38,694 bases of DNA, from IMG/VR virus record IMGVR_UViG_3300036945_000388. One strand, written 5' to 3'. Source of the DNA: a virus. Below are positions 1 through 7,829 of this stretch, one piece after another (position 1 is the stretch's first letter; each line of letters opens with the position of its first letter). The position numbers and the translations under genes were made by a program. The notes under the pieces were generated by a model, which was not told the DNA's origin, ran no database searches, and saw nothing but the letters and a program-made list of their open reading frames with translations.

Positions 1-127
1 CAATCAGATACGTTCGTCTGCGCTGGCATAACCAGCCGCCATGCCATGCCCTGTGGCCTTGGCGTTGAAGGATATGTGATTGTAGCCATTACTGCATTGC
101 TCCACCGAGGCGCGGCCTACGAAGGCT
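1..127. repeat. Left copy of exact 127-bp terminal direct repeat (identical to 38568..38694); circular-closure overlap
   Basis: Read directly: bases 1-127 (caatcagatacgttcg...ggcctacgaaggct) equal the last 127 bases. Unit genome length is 38567 bp. Confidence 0.95.
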
Positions 128-1912
128 TGAGATTGTGCGTGACTCTGCTGCCGCTATGATAGCCGGAGCAGCCTCAAGTATGCCCTGCTGCACCTGAGCG
201 CGGACTGCGGCTGGATCGTTTGAGCCACGGGCGTCTACGCTGATGCTAATGGGGCTTCCGCCGCCGCTACGGCCTAATTTATGATTGGGTATTACTTGGC
301 TGCCCCTTGGCAAATTAACCAATTCGGGGCCGCGTTCACCGACAAGCGCCATGCCTCCGGGGGCGTATGACGTTCCATTCGCAAAACCCGGCATAAAACC
401 TGACGGCGGTGTTACAGAAGTTGTTCGCGCAAAACTTTTTGGTGTGCCAGTTGCTCCACCTAATGCCCCAGTAACAAGTCCGACAATCTGCTGCACAACA
501 AACAGTTTCCACAACTGGTCAATCACAGAACTGATGAGGCTGCGCATACCATCTTTCCACGACATCGCACCAGTAAGCATACCCTTGAAGGCATCGCTGA
601 CAGAGTTGCCGAAGGATTCGAACGATTGATTAAGTTCATCTGTGCGGGTCTGGATTGCTTCCATTTCTGGACTGACTTTGGCGGTTGTCTCAAGTATCGC
701 CTTAACTTGGTCTTCAGCCGCCTTGTTCATATCCTTTTCGTTTTCAGCAAGTTCCTTTGCAAATAGTTCTTCGTAAAAACCAAGAAGGCTATCCTTGCCC
801 TTTTCCTTTATCTTTTTAGCTGCATCCGCGCCCTTGGCCGCGCCGCCGTTCGTTTTTTCCTTTGCTTTGTCGGCGGTGTTTCTAGCTGCCGCTAAAGCGT
901 CAGCCCTGCTAGATATATCGCTGCCAACGATGAAATCAGTAGAAAGCGTTTTCCGAAACGCAGCGCCAACTTCAGCGGCAGCTTTCTTGCTTGTACCAGC
1001 CCACTTATTTGTGACCGTCTCAAGGCGACCGAAATTAGCTTCGCCTACGCGAAAGCCCAAGCTGAAAATACCGGAAACTTGGTTGATGTAACCGCCCATC
1101 TTGTTGATTGAGTTCTCAACCATTGCGATCAGCGAGTTTACAGCGCGCACACCCACGTTGATTGTGCCAATAACCAACTCAGCGACCATGCCAAACGAAT
1201 TGCTTGCAAGAATAGATATTGAGTTTACGGCGATCACAAATGTGCGGATAAGGCCATTAGCGACCTTCTCGCCAACAACGCCAAGGTTCTCAAAGAAGGT
1301 ACCAACGCTGTCGATTACAGGCTCAAGGGCCGTAAGTGCTGGTTGGACTGCCTCAATAGCGGGAGTTAAGCCGTTGGCGATTGCTTCACCAATGCTTGCA
1401 AAAGTAGCGATGGCATAATCGCCGAAATTCGCCGTTGCCTCACTAGTCTCTTCAGTCTTTCCCTTAAACTGCTGGAGCAATACGGTTGCGCCGATAATGG
1501 CGATGCCGAGAGGGCCAGCGATAAGGCGACCCAGAGCGCCAACGCGGCCCTCCATCATAGACAGCGCAAAACCGATCTGACCAATCTGTTGGTTAAATGC
1601 TTGCGCTGGGCTTGCACCAGTTGATATGGAAGTCGCAAGGTCATTGAACTGCATACCAAGTTGCTGTGCGCCTTGGCGGCTATTGCGAAGGGCTTTAGAC
1701 TGGGCGTCCAGCGCATTATTGTAACGCTTGCCGTTTCGGATAACAGCATCAGTTGATGTAGCAAGGCCAGTATTAGCAGCGGCTAATTTCTTGGTTTCAG
1801 CCTCAAGCGCACCAACCCGATTAATCAGATTAGCGATTTGCTCCATGCCCTGCGTATGGGCAATGATATTGAAATCAAGATTTTGCTCTGCCACGCTTCT
1901 GGTTTTCCTCAC
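89..1912 (-). CDS. Tail tape measure protein (607 aa, GTG start)
   Basis: Largest ORF directly downstream of the G/GT chaperone. Ala/Gly/Ser-rich with hydrophobic segments (GALGRLIAGPLGIAIIGATVLL). C-terminal MALVGERGPELVNLPRGSQVIP motif is typical of tape measures. Its stop overlaps the ATG of the next tail gene (TAATG) across the junction. Confidence 0.9.
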   Translation of the reverse strand: MRKTRSVAEQNLDFNIIAHTQGMEQIANLINRVGALEAETKKLAAANTGLATSTDAVIRNGKRYNNALDAQSKALRNSRQGAQQLGMQFNDLATSISTGASPAQAFNQQIGQIGFALSMMEGRVGALGRLIAGPLGIAIIGATVLLQQFKGKTEETSEATANFGDYAIATFASIGEAIANGLTPAIEAVQPALTALEPVIDSVGTFFENLGVVGEKVANGLIRTFVIAVNSISILASNSFGMVAELVIGTINVGVRAVNSLIAMVENSINKMGGYINQVSGIFSLGFRVGEANFGRLETVTNKWAGTSKKAAAEVGAAFRKTLSTDFIVGSDISSRADALAAARNTADKAKEKTNGGAAKGADAAKKIKEKGKDSLLGFYEELFAKELAENEKDMNKAAEDQVKAILETTAKVSPEMEAIQTRTDELNQSFESFGNSVSDAFKGMLTGAMSWKDGMRSLISSVIDQLWKLFVVQQIVGLVTGALGGATGTPKSFARTTSVTPPSGFMPGFANGTSYAPGGMALVGERGPELVNLPRGSQVIPNHKLGRSGGGSPISISVDARGSNDPAAVRAQVQQGILEAAPAIIAAAESRTISSLRRPRLGGAMQ

Positions 1913-2371
1913 TCACTTTGAAGAATGCTACCCATTCGTTATACTCTTCAATTGAGATTTGTTCAATCTCCGCAATGGTTTTGCCGAGCCGATCCGCCAA
2001 GGTAATAAGATTATACCTAAGCGGATCGTTTCTTAGTTTTTTTCCTGCTCCTCGACGCTATCTCCGCTCATAAATGCAGCGGCGACAGTCGAGATCACGG
2101 ATACTTCTTCACGCATCAGAACAGCCTTGTCCTCAAGCGTAAACAGCTTTTCACCTTGACCATTCTCAGCCTTGAGAATGATAAGGTCAACCATTGCATC
2201 AAATGATGCGGAACCCAAAAAGTTAGGGTGCTTGCGCTGAATGCGGTTCAGTTCACCAGCAAGCAGAGGGCCATAATAGACCTTCTCTGGCTTGCCTTCA
2301 TCACCCCATTCTGCAACGTCGATGTGACGCTTATTCGATGTCCGCTCTGCGATACGCTTGGCAATACTCAT
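1875..2371 (-). CDS. Tail assembly chaperone, -1 frameshift-extended form (gpGT-like, about 165 aa)
   Basis: After a -1 slip at 2036-2042 the frame stays open for 53 more codons (LRNDPLRYNLITLADRLGKTIAEIEQISIEEYNEWVAFFKVSEENQKRGRAKS), ends at TGA 1875-1877, and overlaps the tape measure start by 38 nt. Confidence 0.65.
2033..2371 (-). CDS. Tail assembly chaperone, short form (gpG-like, 112 aa)
   Basis: Lies between the tail tube genes and the tape measure. Acidic C-terminus. The ORF ends in a slippery heptamer just before its stop. Confidence 0.8.
   Translation of the reverse strand: MSIAKRIAERTSNKRHIDVAEWGDEGKPEKVYYGPLLAGELNRIQRKHPNFLGSASFDAMVDLIILKAENGQGEKLFTLEDKAVLMREEVSVISTVAAAFMSGDSVEEQEKN
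2036..2042 (-). promoter_or_regulatory. -1 programmed ribosomal frameshift slippery heptamer A_AAA_AAC
   Basis: Minus-strand reading is GAG CAG GAA AAA AAC TAA. This fits the X_XXY_YYZ pattern in the zero frame, immediately before the gpG-like stop. Confidence 0.65.
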
Positions 2372-2386
2372 ATTTTATCCTTCTAA

Positions 2387-2779
2387 TTATACAGCCGCGC
2401 TAGTCAAAGCCCCTGTTCCTTGAACAGTGATAGTGGATTCCACCATACCATCGAAGCTGCCTGTGATAGTCTTGCCAGTAACAATGGCTTGACCTGTTAA
2501 ATAAACGTCTGCGGTTGTAGCGCCCTCTGGATAGAACCGGATGGCTACCTCAGAGCCAGGGACCAATGCGCCCTGACCCGTGGTGTCAGTTTCGTCCCAG
2601 AACACATCAACTGAACCAGACCAACCCTTCAGGGTAGTCTTGAACGTGCGATAGCTGTCACCCATTGAAGTGTCTTCAACAGTATCGGCAGTTTCCTCAA
2701 CCGAATACGAACGAATTTCAAGCACGTTATTGGTCGCACCAATGCGTACAGTGCCTTCTGAACCAGTATGGGTAGCCAT
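2387..2779 (-). CDS. Major tail (tube) protein, paralogue 2 (130 aa)
   Basis: Small beta-rich protein just upstream of the chaperone and tape measure. Roughly three quarters identical by eye to the adjacent 132-aa ORF (both start MATHTGSEGT; shared EETADTVEDTSMGDSYR, KTTLKGWSGSVDVFWDETDT, GKTITGSFDGMVESTIT). Confidence 0.8.
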   Translation of the reverse strand: MATHTGSEGTVRIGATNNVLEIRSYSVEETADTVEDTSMGDSYRTFKTTLKGWSGSVDVFWDETDTTGQGALVPGSEVAIRFYPEGATTADVYLTGQAIVTGKTITGSFDGMVESTITVQGTGALTSAAV

Positions 2780-2788
2780 GTCTTATCC

Positions 2789-3187
2789 TTACGCCAGTGT
2801 TGCTTCAGTCAAAGCACCAGTGCCTTGAAGCGTGATTGTCGATTCCACCATGCCGTCAAAGCTGCCCGTGATGGTCTTGCCTGTCACAGTCGCTGTTCCG
2901 GTGTAATACTTTTCAGATACGCCAGCCGACGCACCTTCTGGGAATACGCTGATTGTAACCTGAGCGCCAACCACAAGGGCAACTTGACCGTTCGTATCAG
3001 TCTCGTCCCAGAATACGTCTACGGAGCCTGACCAACCCTTAAGTGTCGTTTTAAAGCTACGATAGCTATCACCCATCGAAGTATCTTCGACAGTGTCAGC
3101 GGTTTCTTCCAGAGAATAGGAGCGAATCTCTGCGATGGTGTTCGCACCAACTTTGAGCGTTCCTTCACTGCCAGTATGCGTAGCCAT
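2789..3187 (-). CDS. Major tail (tube) protein, paralogue 1 (132 aa)
   Basis: Tandem paralogue of 2387..2779. Canonical tail-tube position. Confidence 0.8.
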   Translation of the reverse strand: MATHTGSEGTLKVGANTIAEIRSYSLEETADTVEDTSMGDSYRSFKTTLKGWSGSVDVFWDETDTNGQVALVVGAQVTISVFPEGASAGVSEKYYTGTATVTGKTITGSFDGMVESTITLQGTGALTEATLA

Positions 3188-3333
3188 TACTCAGACTCCT
3201 CGACTTTCTCTGCTTGAACCTTTGGCTTTGCAGCCTTCTTAACATCCCAGCCCTTCGACTGATATTGCTCTAGATCAACCTCACAGGCGAGTATCTCATC
3301 GCCAGTTTTGTTGTAAACTTTGACCATCTTCAT
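3187..3333 (-). CDS. Small hypothetical protein (48 aa), below the ORF-track cutoff
   Basis: Manual translation: MKMVKVYNKTGDEILACEVDLEQYQSKGWDVKKAAKPKVQAEKVEESE. Its ATG overlaps the upstream stop (ATGA) and its TAA overlaps the downstream ATG (TAATG), so it exactly fills the gap. Confidence 0.55.
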   Translation of the reverse strand: MKMVKVYNKTGDEILACEVDLEQYQSKGWDVKKAAKPKVQAEKVEESE

Positions 3334-3773
3334 CTTGGTGTCTCCGCATCCGCAATGTATGTAACATAATCTACGGAGTAAGACAATCGCGCATTGGCAA
3401 TTGGCTTTTCACCCTCGACACTAATGTCAATATTGCTTTCACTCAGAATACAGCTTTTGACCAATCCGTTCAATGAGAAATCAGACCCTATGGCGTCCTC
3501 TATTAAAACACAGGCATCGTCGATCTGGTCGGCTATTGTTGCGCTGGCTCCCTTAATATAAATTTCTACAACAAGATCAAGAGAACCGCGCAGCGTCCTG
3601 TAGCCTATGGTAGCAAGAGATGAAGATTGGCTATTGGTGTAAATCACTGCCGCTGGAAGTTTTGCATCATCCAGAGCATAGGATCGCATTTTGTAAACGC
3701 GACCAGAGAAGAACGGCAACGCCTCAATGATCGTTGCTACACGATCTCTTATCTGTTGGTTGATATGCGCCAT
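3330..3773 (-). CDS. Neck/tail-terminator-like protein, paralogue B (147 aa from MAHINQQIRD)
   Basis: Lies between the FII-like connector and the tube genes (lambda Z/U position). Clear similarity to the upstream ORF (MAH..QQIRD.VA, YK.R.YALD...LPA..VYT, KGAS, F.L.GLVK..IL, GEK.I). Start chosen at the TAATG overlap. Confidence 0.7.
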   Translation of the reverse strand: MAHINQQIRDRVATIIEALPFFSGRVYKMRSYALDDAKLPAAVIYTNSQSSSLATIGYRTLRGSLDLVVEIYIKGASATIADQIDDACVLIEDAIGSDFSLNGLVKSCILSESNIDISVEGEKPIANARLSYSVDYVTYIADAETPR

Positions 3774-4279
3774 TAAATCGATACCTGACAATTGTTTATA
3801 GCGGTTATATATTGCATATTAAATATTATTTTGCCAGAGCCGATGGCCTTTTCGCCATCAGTTTTGACAGAAAATTCTGAACTTGCCAGAATAGATTTTT
3901 TCACCAACCCGCTTAGATCGAAGCTGCCTTCCACCTTATTCATCAAATCAACAAAGAATTGCTCAACACTTTCAAATATGCTTGTGCTTGCACCCTTGTT
4001 TATAATGTCTACCCTTAACTCAAGATTGTGGCTTATGGTCTTCTGGCCCATAGTTACAATTCCAGATATGTCGCTAGTAGTGTAAACATTAAGCGCAGGA
4101 AGACTTTCTTCGTCCAGGGCATACCGACGAAATTTATACAATGAACCTGTTTGTCCGCTATTGCGTACCTGAAGATCATTATCAAAACGATCTTGTATTA
4201 TAATCCCGAATCTATCGTAGATAAAGTTAACCAACAGGTCGGCAACATAGTCCCTGATCTGCTGCCGAACATGCGCCAT
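3773..4279 (-). CDS. Neck/tail-completion-like protein, paralogue A (168 aa from MAHVRQQIRD)
   Basis: Paralogue of 3330..3773 with an extra ~25-aa insertion near the N-terminus. Start ATG 4279 follows the upstream stop by 1 nt. Confidence 0.7.
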   Translation of the reverse strand: MAHVRQQIRDYVADLLVNFIYDRFGIIIQDRFDNDLQVRNSGQTGSLYKFRRYALDEESLPALNVYTTSDISGIVTMGQKTISHNLELRVDIINKGASTSIFESVEQFFVDLMNKVEGSFDLSGLVKKSILASSEFSVKTDGEKAIGSGKIIFNMQYITAINNCQVSI

Positions 4280-4280
4280 G

Positions 4281-4592
4281 TTACACCTTTTCGAGTATAA
4301 GCGTCGATACACCTGTGCCGTCTGTCAGCACAACACGCACGTTGTAGGCCACAGAGCGAATAATAATTTCATCACCATCAGCAGCCAAAGGCACATCAGC
4401 AGTGCGGCAAACAAACTGCGGCGATGGGATTGTGATGTCCATCAGGTCTGTTGCGCCACGGCTGGCCTGTGGAGCATCGAAGATGCCATTCACAGAAACA
4501 GCACTGCCACCTACGGGAGTGTAAGTGGCAGTATCTGCAAAATCATCGACTGTGAAAAAGTCGAGAATGTCATCTGCGCTCTCAACGCCCAT
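4281..4592 (-). CDS. Head-tail joining protein (lambda gpFII-like, 103 aa)
   Basis: Size, position after the capsid gene, and pattern (FADTATYTPVGG..V.VNGIFD.....DITIPSPQFVCRTADV...DGDEIIIRSVAYNV..VLTDGTGVSTLIL) resemble FII-type head-tail joining proteins. Confidence 0.6.
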   Translation of the reverse strand: MGVESADDILDFFTVDDFADTATYTPVGGSAVSVNGIFDAPQASRGATDLMDITIPSPQFVCRTADVPLAADGDEIIIRSVAYNVRVVLTDGTGVSTLILEKV

Positions 4593-4788
4593 TCTTAGGA
4601 CCGCGCTTGATTACAGGATCGCGATGCTCAACCTTTGGGGCTTCAGCTACGCGCACAGCCTCTTCAAAGATTTCGATTTTCTTGGCAGCGATAAGCACCA
4701 AGGCCTCGCCATGTGGGAGAGTAGCAACATCGCCCGGAGTAAGCGGACCTTGAGACGTTACAACGCCACGAATACATTTGTACTGCAT
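4582..4788 (-). CDS. Small head-associated hypothetical protein (68 aa from MQYKCIRG)
   Basis: ATG 4788 is preceded by GGAG (cggagaatgacATG). The longer track ORF (to 4845) would run through an 11-bp perfect hairpin, so the shorter start is preferred. Confidence 0.6.
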   Translation of the reverse strand: MQYKCIRGVVTSQGPLTPGDVATLPHGEALVLIAAKKIEIFEEAVRVAEAPKVEHRDPVIKRGPKNGR

Positions 4789-4807
4789 GTCATTCTCCGA
4801 AGGAGTC

Positions 4808-4840
4808 GAGGGCCGATACGACTTCCAAATATCGGCCCTC
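4808..4840 (-). other. Perfect 11-bp stem-loop immediately downstream of the capsid gene
   Basis: GAGGGCCGATA (4808-4818), 11-nt loop, TATCGGCCCTC (4830-4840). No U-tract follows on the transcribed strand. Confidence 0.7.
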
Positions 4841-4848
4841 AACATCTA

Positions 4849-6732
4849 TTATGCGCCGTCGTTGTTGTATGCGAACGAGACTGGGTTGCGAAGTGCAACG
4901 TCAATCGTCTGAAGCGCAACGATACGAACAGTACCAGTGGTCGATGCAGTGTATGGATCAACCGTCAGGTCGAGGCCACCCCACATACCGATCATGCAGT
5001 CGCTGAAGTTACCGAAGTAAACGTTACCAGCAGTTGACTGCTGAGTGCGGATTACGTTGTAACCGTTAGCCTGACCGCCTTCAAGTACGAACATGCCCGA
5101 ACCAGCGTCCTTAGCTTTAGTCTTCAGACCGCCGTAAGTGGCTGCGTCCGTGATGTAGGCCAAGTTACCGAACAGAGCGTTGTCTTCTGCAATAGCAGTT
5201 TCCATCGCAACCATTTCAGCAAAGGTTGGAACCGCAGCAGCAAACGAGGTTGGCTTGTTAACGCCAACAGTGCTGAGGATACCAGTTGGCTGACCGGAAA
5301 GGCCTGTGCCTTCCAATGCGCCCTTGTCGATTGCCAGTGCCAGCGATTGCGTCAAGTCGTCACGGACCAACTGCTCAATTGCTGGTGTCGATTGGAGGAT
5401 CAACTGACGAGTCATGTCAGTGAACGCACCAATGTTCTTTGGCGTCAAGGAGACAGTGCCGAAAGTCGCTTCCGACTCAGCAGCAGCGCCGCCTTCAGTG
5501 CTGATCCAGCCAGCCGAAGAAGCAGCAGTCTTTTTAGGGATTGCTACGTTGCCAACCAGACCGGGGAGCATACGCGCACCAGCTTGCATGACAGACGACG
5601 AGTTGCGCAGAACGTCGATGAACTCGTTAGCAAGCAAGTTGGTTGCAACGATTTCGTTGTCGTCAGCGGTGTTCAGGTCGCGCTTCCAGACGCCGAGAAT
5701 GTCGGTTGGGAGCATAACGCCCTGTGCGCCACGGCCATAACGCTGTGCAGCAGCTTCCGAGACTTCAAACTCGAATGCAGCGGCTTCGCGGAGGCGACGG
5801 TCACTTGGGTTGGCGAGAGCAGCAATTGCACGAACAACCGAGAACTGACGGATTTCTTTTTTCGTCAGGCCAATGTTTTCGTTTTCAAGCGGCTTGTCCG
5901 AACCGATTACGTCAAGCAGTTCACCACGGAACTGTTCAATGCTCTTGCCCGAACGGAGGGCTGCGTCTGCGAGGTCACGCTTGTTGTGACGAGCGCCGAG
6001 CGCGATGATTTCGGAGGCGTTACGGGCGGCAGCAGCATTTGCTTCGGCCCGAACCGCATCCAAGTTTACTTCGTCAGTCATTTTGACTTCCTTTTTGATG
6101 GATGGTTCAACTTTAGGTTGGGGTTCGAGAGCAGCCGCGCTACGACCCACACCAACTGACTGGTCAGCGGGGATAGAAACGACAGATACCTCAAGGGGCG
6201 ACCAGGAGCGAACAAGGTACTCGTCCTTATTCGTCGCGGATCGCTCCATTTTGTTGACGCGGTAGCCGACGGAGACGTTCCCCCGGATGCCATCGACAAC
6301 GTCCTGAAAAATCTCTTGCGCCAAAGCAGAGCGCCCAAAGCGAACATTCGCCCTAAGCACCCTATCAGCATCGAGACCAACAGATTCAATCACGCCAATT
6401 TGGCGCTCCATATCATGGTCGAGTAGCAACGGCGCACGGCCAGATGACAAAAACGCCATATCAATGGCATTCGACTCATGAACAAGGATTTCTTTTCCGA
6501 ACGAGCGTTCGACGGGAAGTTCAGACGACACCGCAATGGATACAGTGCGCTTCTTCTCGTCAACGCCACGAACAGCAATGTCAACAACGGCAGAACGGCG
6601 CTCAAGATCAGCGTCCTTGCGCTCTTCTTCAGAGGGCATGGCCTCCTCGTCAACTGCCTCCATATCAGGATGGTCCTCAGTATCGATTTCTATCTCGACC
6701 TTGATTGTGGCTCGTTCCTCAACTTCTGACAT
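4849..6732 (-). CDS. Fused HK97-type prohead protease / major capsid protein (627 aa from MSEVEER)
   Basis: The N-terminal ~200 aa look like an HK97-family prohead protease (PLLLDHDMERQIGV, GNVSVGYRV). The middle is Ala-rich and helical, like a delta domain. The C-terminal ~300 aa look like an HK97-fold MCP (LTPKNIGAFTDMTRQLILQS, ALAIDKGALEGTGLSGQPTGIL). GGAG lies 7 nt before ATG 6732. Confidence 0.85.
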   Translation of the reverse strand: MSEVEERATIKVEIEIDTEDHPDMEAVDEEAMPSEEERKDADLERRSAVVDIAVRGVDEKKRTVSIAVSSELPVERSFGKEILVHESNAIDMAFLSSGRAPLLLDHDMERQIGVIESVGLDADRVLRANVRFGRSALAQEIFQDVVDGIRGNVSVGYRVNKMERSATNKDEYLVRSWSPLEVSVVSIPADQSVGVGRSAAALEPQPKVEPSIKKEVKMTDEVNLDAVRAEANAAAARNASEIIALGARHNKRDLADAALRSGKSIEQFRGELLDVIGSDKPLENENIGLTKKEIRQFSVVRAIAALANPSDRRLREAAAFEFEVSEAAAQRYGRGAQGVMLPTDILGVWKRDLNTADDNEIVATNLLANEFIDVLRNSSSVMQAGARMLPGLVGNVAIPKKTAASSAGWISTEGGAAAESEATFGTVSLTPKNIGAFTDMTRQLILQSTPAIEQLVRDDLTQSLALAIDKGALEGTGLSGQPTGILSTVGVNKPTSFAAAVPTFAEMVAMETAIAEDNALFGNLAYITDAATYGGLKTKAKDAGSGMFVLEGGQANGYNVIRTQQSTAGNVYFGNFSDCMIGMWGGLDLTVDPYTASTTGTVRIVALQTIDVALRNPVSFAYNNDGA

Positions 6733-6797
6733 AAATTGCTCCAAAAAGCGTTTCGACGAAACAATAACATCAAACCAAGCAACAATCAATCACGCTG

Positions 6798-7829
6798 TTA
6801 ATCTAATGCGAAATCAAGAATAAACAGCAGTTCATCGTCGCTTGGGTCGTTCCAACTGGATTCCGCTCTGACGCCCAGCATATATGTTTCGATCTGCGTG
6901 AACGCCAAGCTGGTGCGCGAGTTGATTGGATCAGGCGATGTGGCCACCACAGAGCCGACAGAGACAGTTGCTGACAGTCCCGCTAAGATTGTCTTGGCGC
7001 TTACGTCAGGAAGTTTCTTTTCTTCCTCTGGCAAGTCAATGAGGATAGCCGGACGGAACTTACGCCGTGGCCTTACAAGTGATCCACCGCCTAAGATGGG
7101 CTGGATGGGAGTAGCGCCAATGCTTGCTGGGAAGAATGTGTTGGTGTTGGTAAACAGCGATGCCGTCAGAGTTTGTGGTCCACCAACCTGTGTAACGACA
7201 GGTGGGAATACGAAATCGCTATCCGCAAATAACGGAGGTGCGATTGTGTTGAAACTATTTGCCGTAGAGTCGTAGAATGTTTGACTATTCGTGAATAGAC
7301 TTGCAGATAACGCTTTGGTGGTCGTGACCGCTGCGCCATAAAATGTTTGGCTATTGGTAAATAGCGTAGGCGCAATATTGCTTACGCGGCTAATCGTTGG
7401 GCCGTAGAATGTCTGGTCGTTGGCAACCAGTGTCGGTGCAATAGTATTGCTTGATGTCCGCGTAGGTGCGAAAAACGTATTGTTATTGGTGAATAGAGCC
7501 GCAGTCAGATTGCTTGTGGCCGCAACCGCTGGTGCGTAGAATGTTTGGGTATTGGTAAATAACGAAGCCGTAAGGTTTGTTATTTGTGCAACCGTTGGAC
7601 TATAGAATGTCTGGTTGTTCTCTACCAGTGTTGGCGCAATGGTATTAGTTGACGTTCTGGCAGGGGCGTAGAAAGTCTGGCTGTTAGTAAAAAGCGTAGG
7701 CGTCAGAGTTTGGTTTGACGGTCCCGTGGGATTAGCCACAGAATCATCATCAAACCAACCCGCTGGCTGCAAGTCTGGGTCGAACCAAGCAACTTGAACC
7801 AGTTGGGGATCAAATACCCCTTCCGTCAT
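6798..7829 (-). CDS. Repeat-containing hypothetical (probably virion) protein, 343 aa
   Basis: N-terminal AWFDPDLQPAGWFDDD motif, then nine ~22-aa repeats (L/I)(T/A)P(T/S)LFTNxQTFYxP..., then a charged linker (PRRKFRPAILIDLPEEEKK). Its start overlaps the upstream stop. Confidence 0.75.
   Translation of the reverse strand: MTEGVFDPQLVQVAWFDPDLQPAGWFDDDSVANPTGPSNQTLTPTLFTNSQTFYAPARTSTNTIAPTLVENNQTFYSPTVAQITNLTASLFTNTQTFYAPAVAATSNLTAALFTNNNTFFAPTRTSSNTIAPTLVANDQTFYGPTISRVSNIAPTLFTNSQTFYGAAVTTTKALSASLFTNSQTFYDSTANSFNTIAPPLFADSDFVFPPVVTQVGGPQTLTASLFTNTNTFFPASIGATPIQPILGGGSLVRPRRKFRPAILIDLPEEEKKLPDVSAKTILAGLSATVSVGSVVATSPDPINSRTSLAFTQIETYMLGVRAESSWNDPSDDELLFILDFALD
7104..7706 (-). repeat. Nine tandem ~66-bp (22-aa) coding repeats inside 6798..7829
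   Basis: Residues 42-242: LTPTLFTNSQTFYAPARTSTNT / IAPTLVENNQTFYSPTVAQITN / LTASLFTNTQTFYAPAVAATSN / and so on. Confidence 0.85.

Noticed and set aside
1-88. Partial minus-strand ORF at the left edge (N-terminus of the Dit-like protein)
   Set aside because: It is the duplicated copy of 38568..38656 created by the 127-bp overlap, not a separate gene or pseudogene.
5347-6159. 270-aa plus-strand ORF (and neighbours 5414..5740, 5724..6008, 6005..6265) inside the capsid gene
   Set aside because: It is fully antisense to a well-supported protease/MCP gene. The sequence is Arg/Ser/Cys-rich and low-complexity, with no RBS context. These are typical shadow ORFs.
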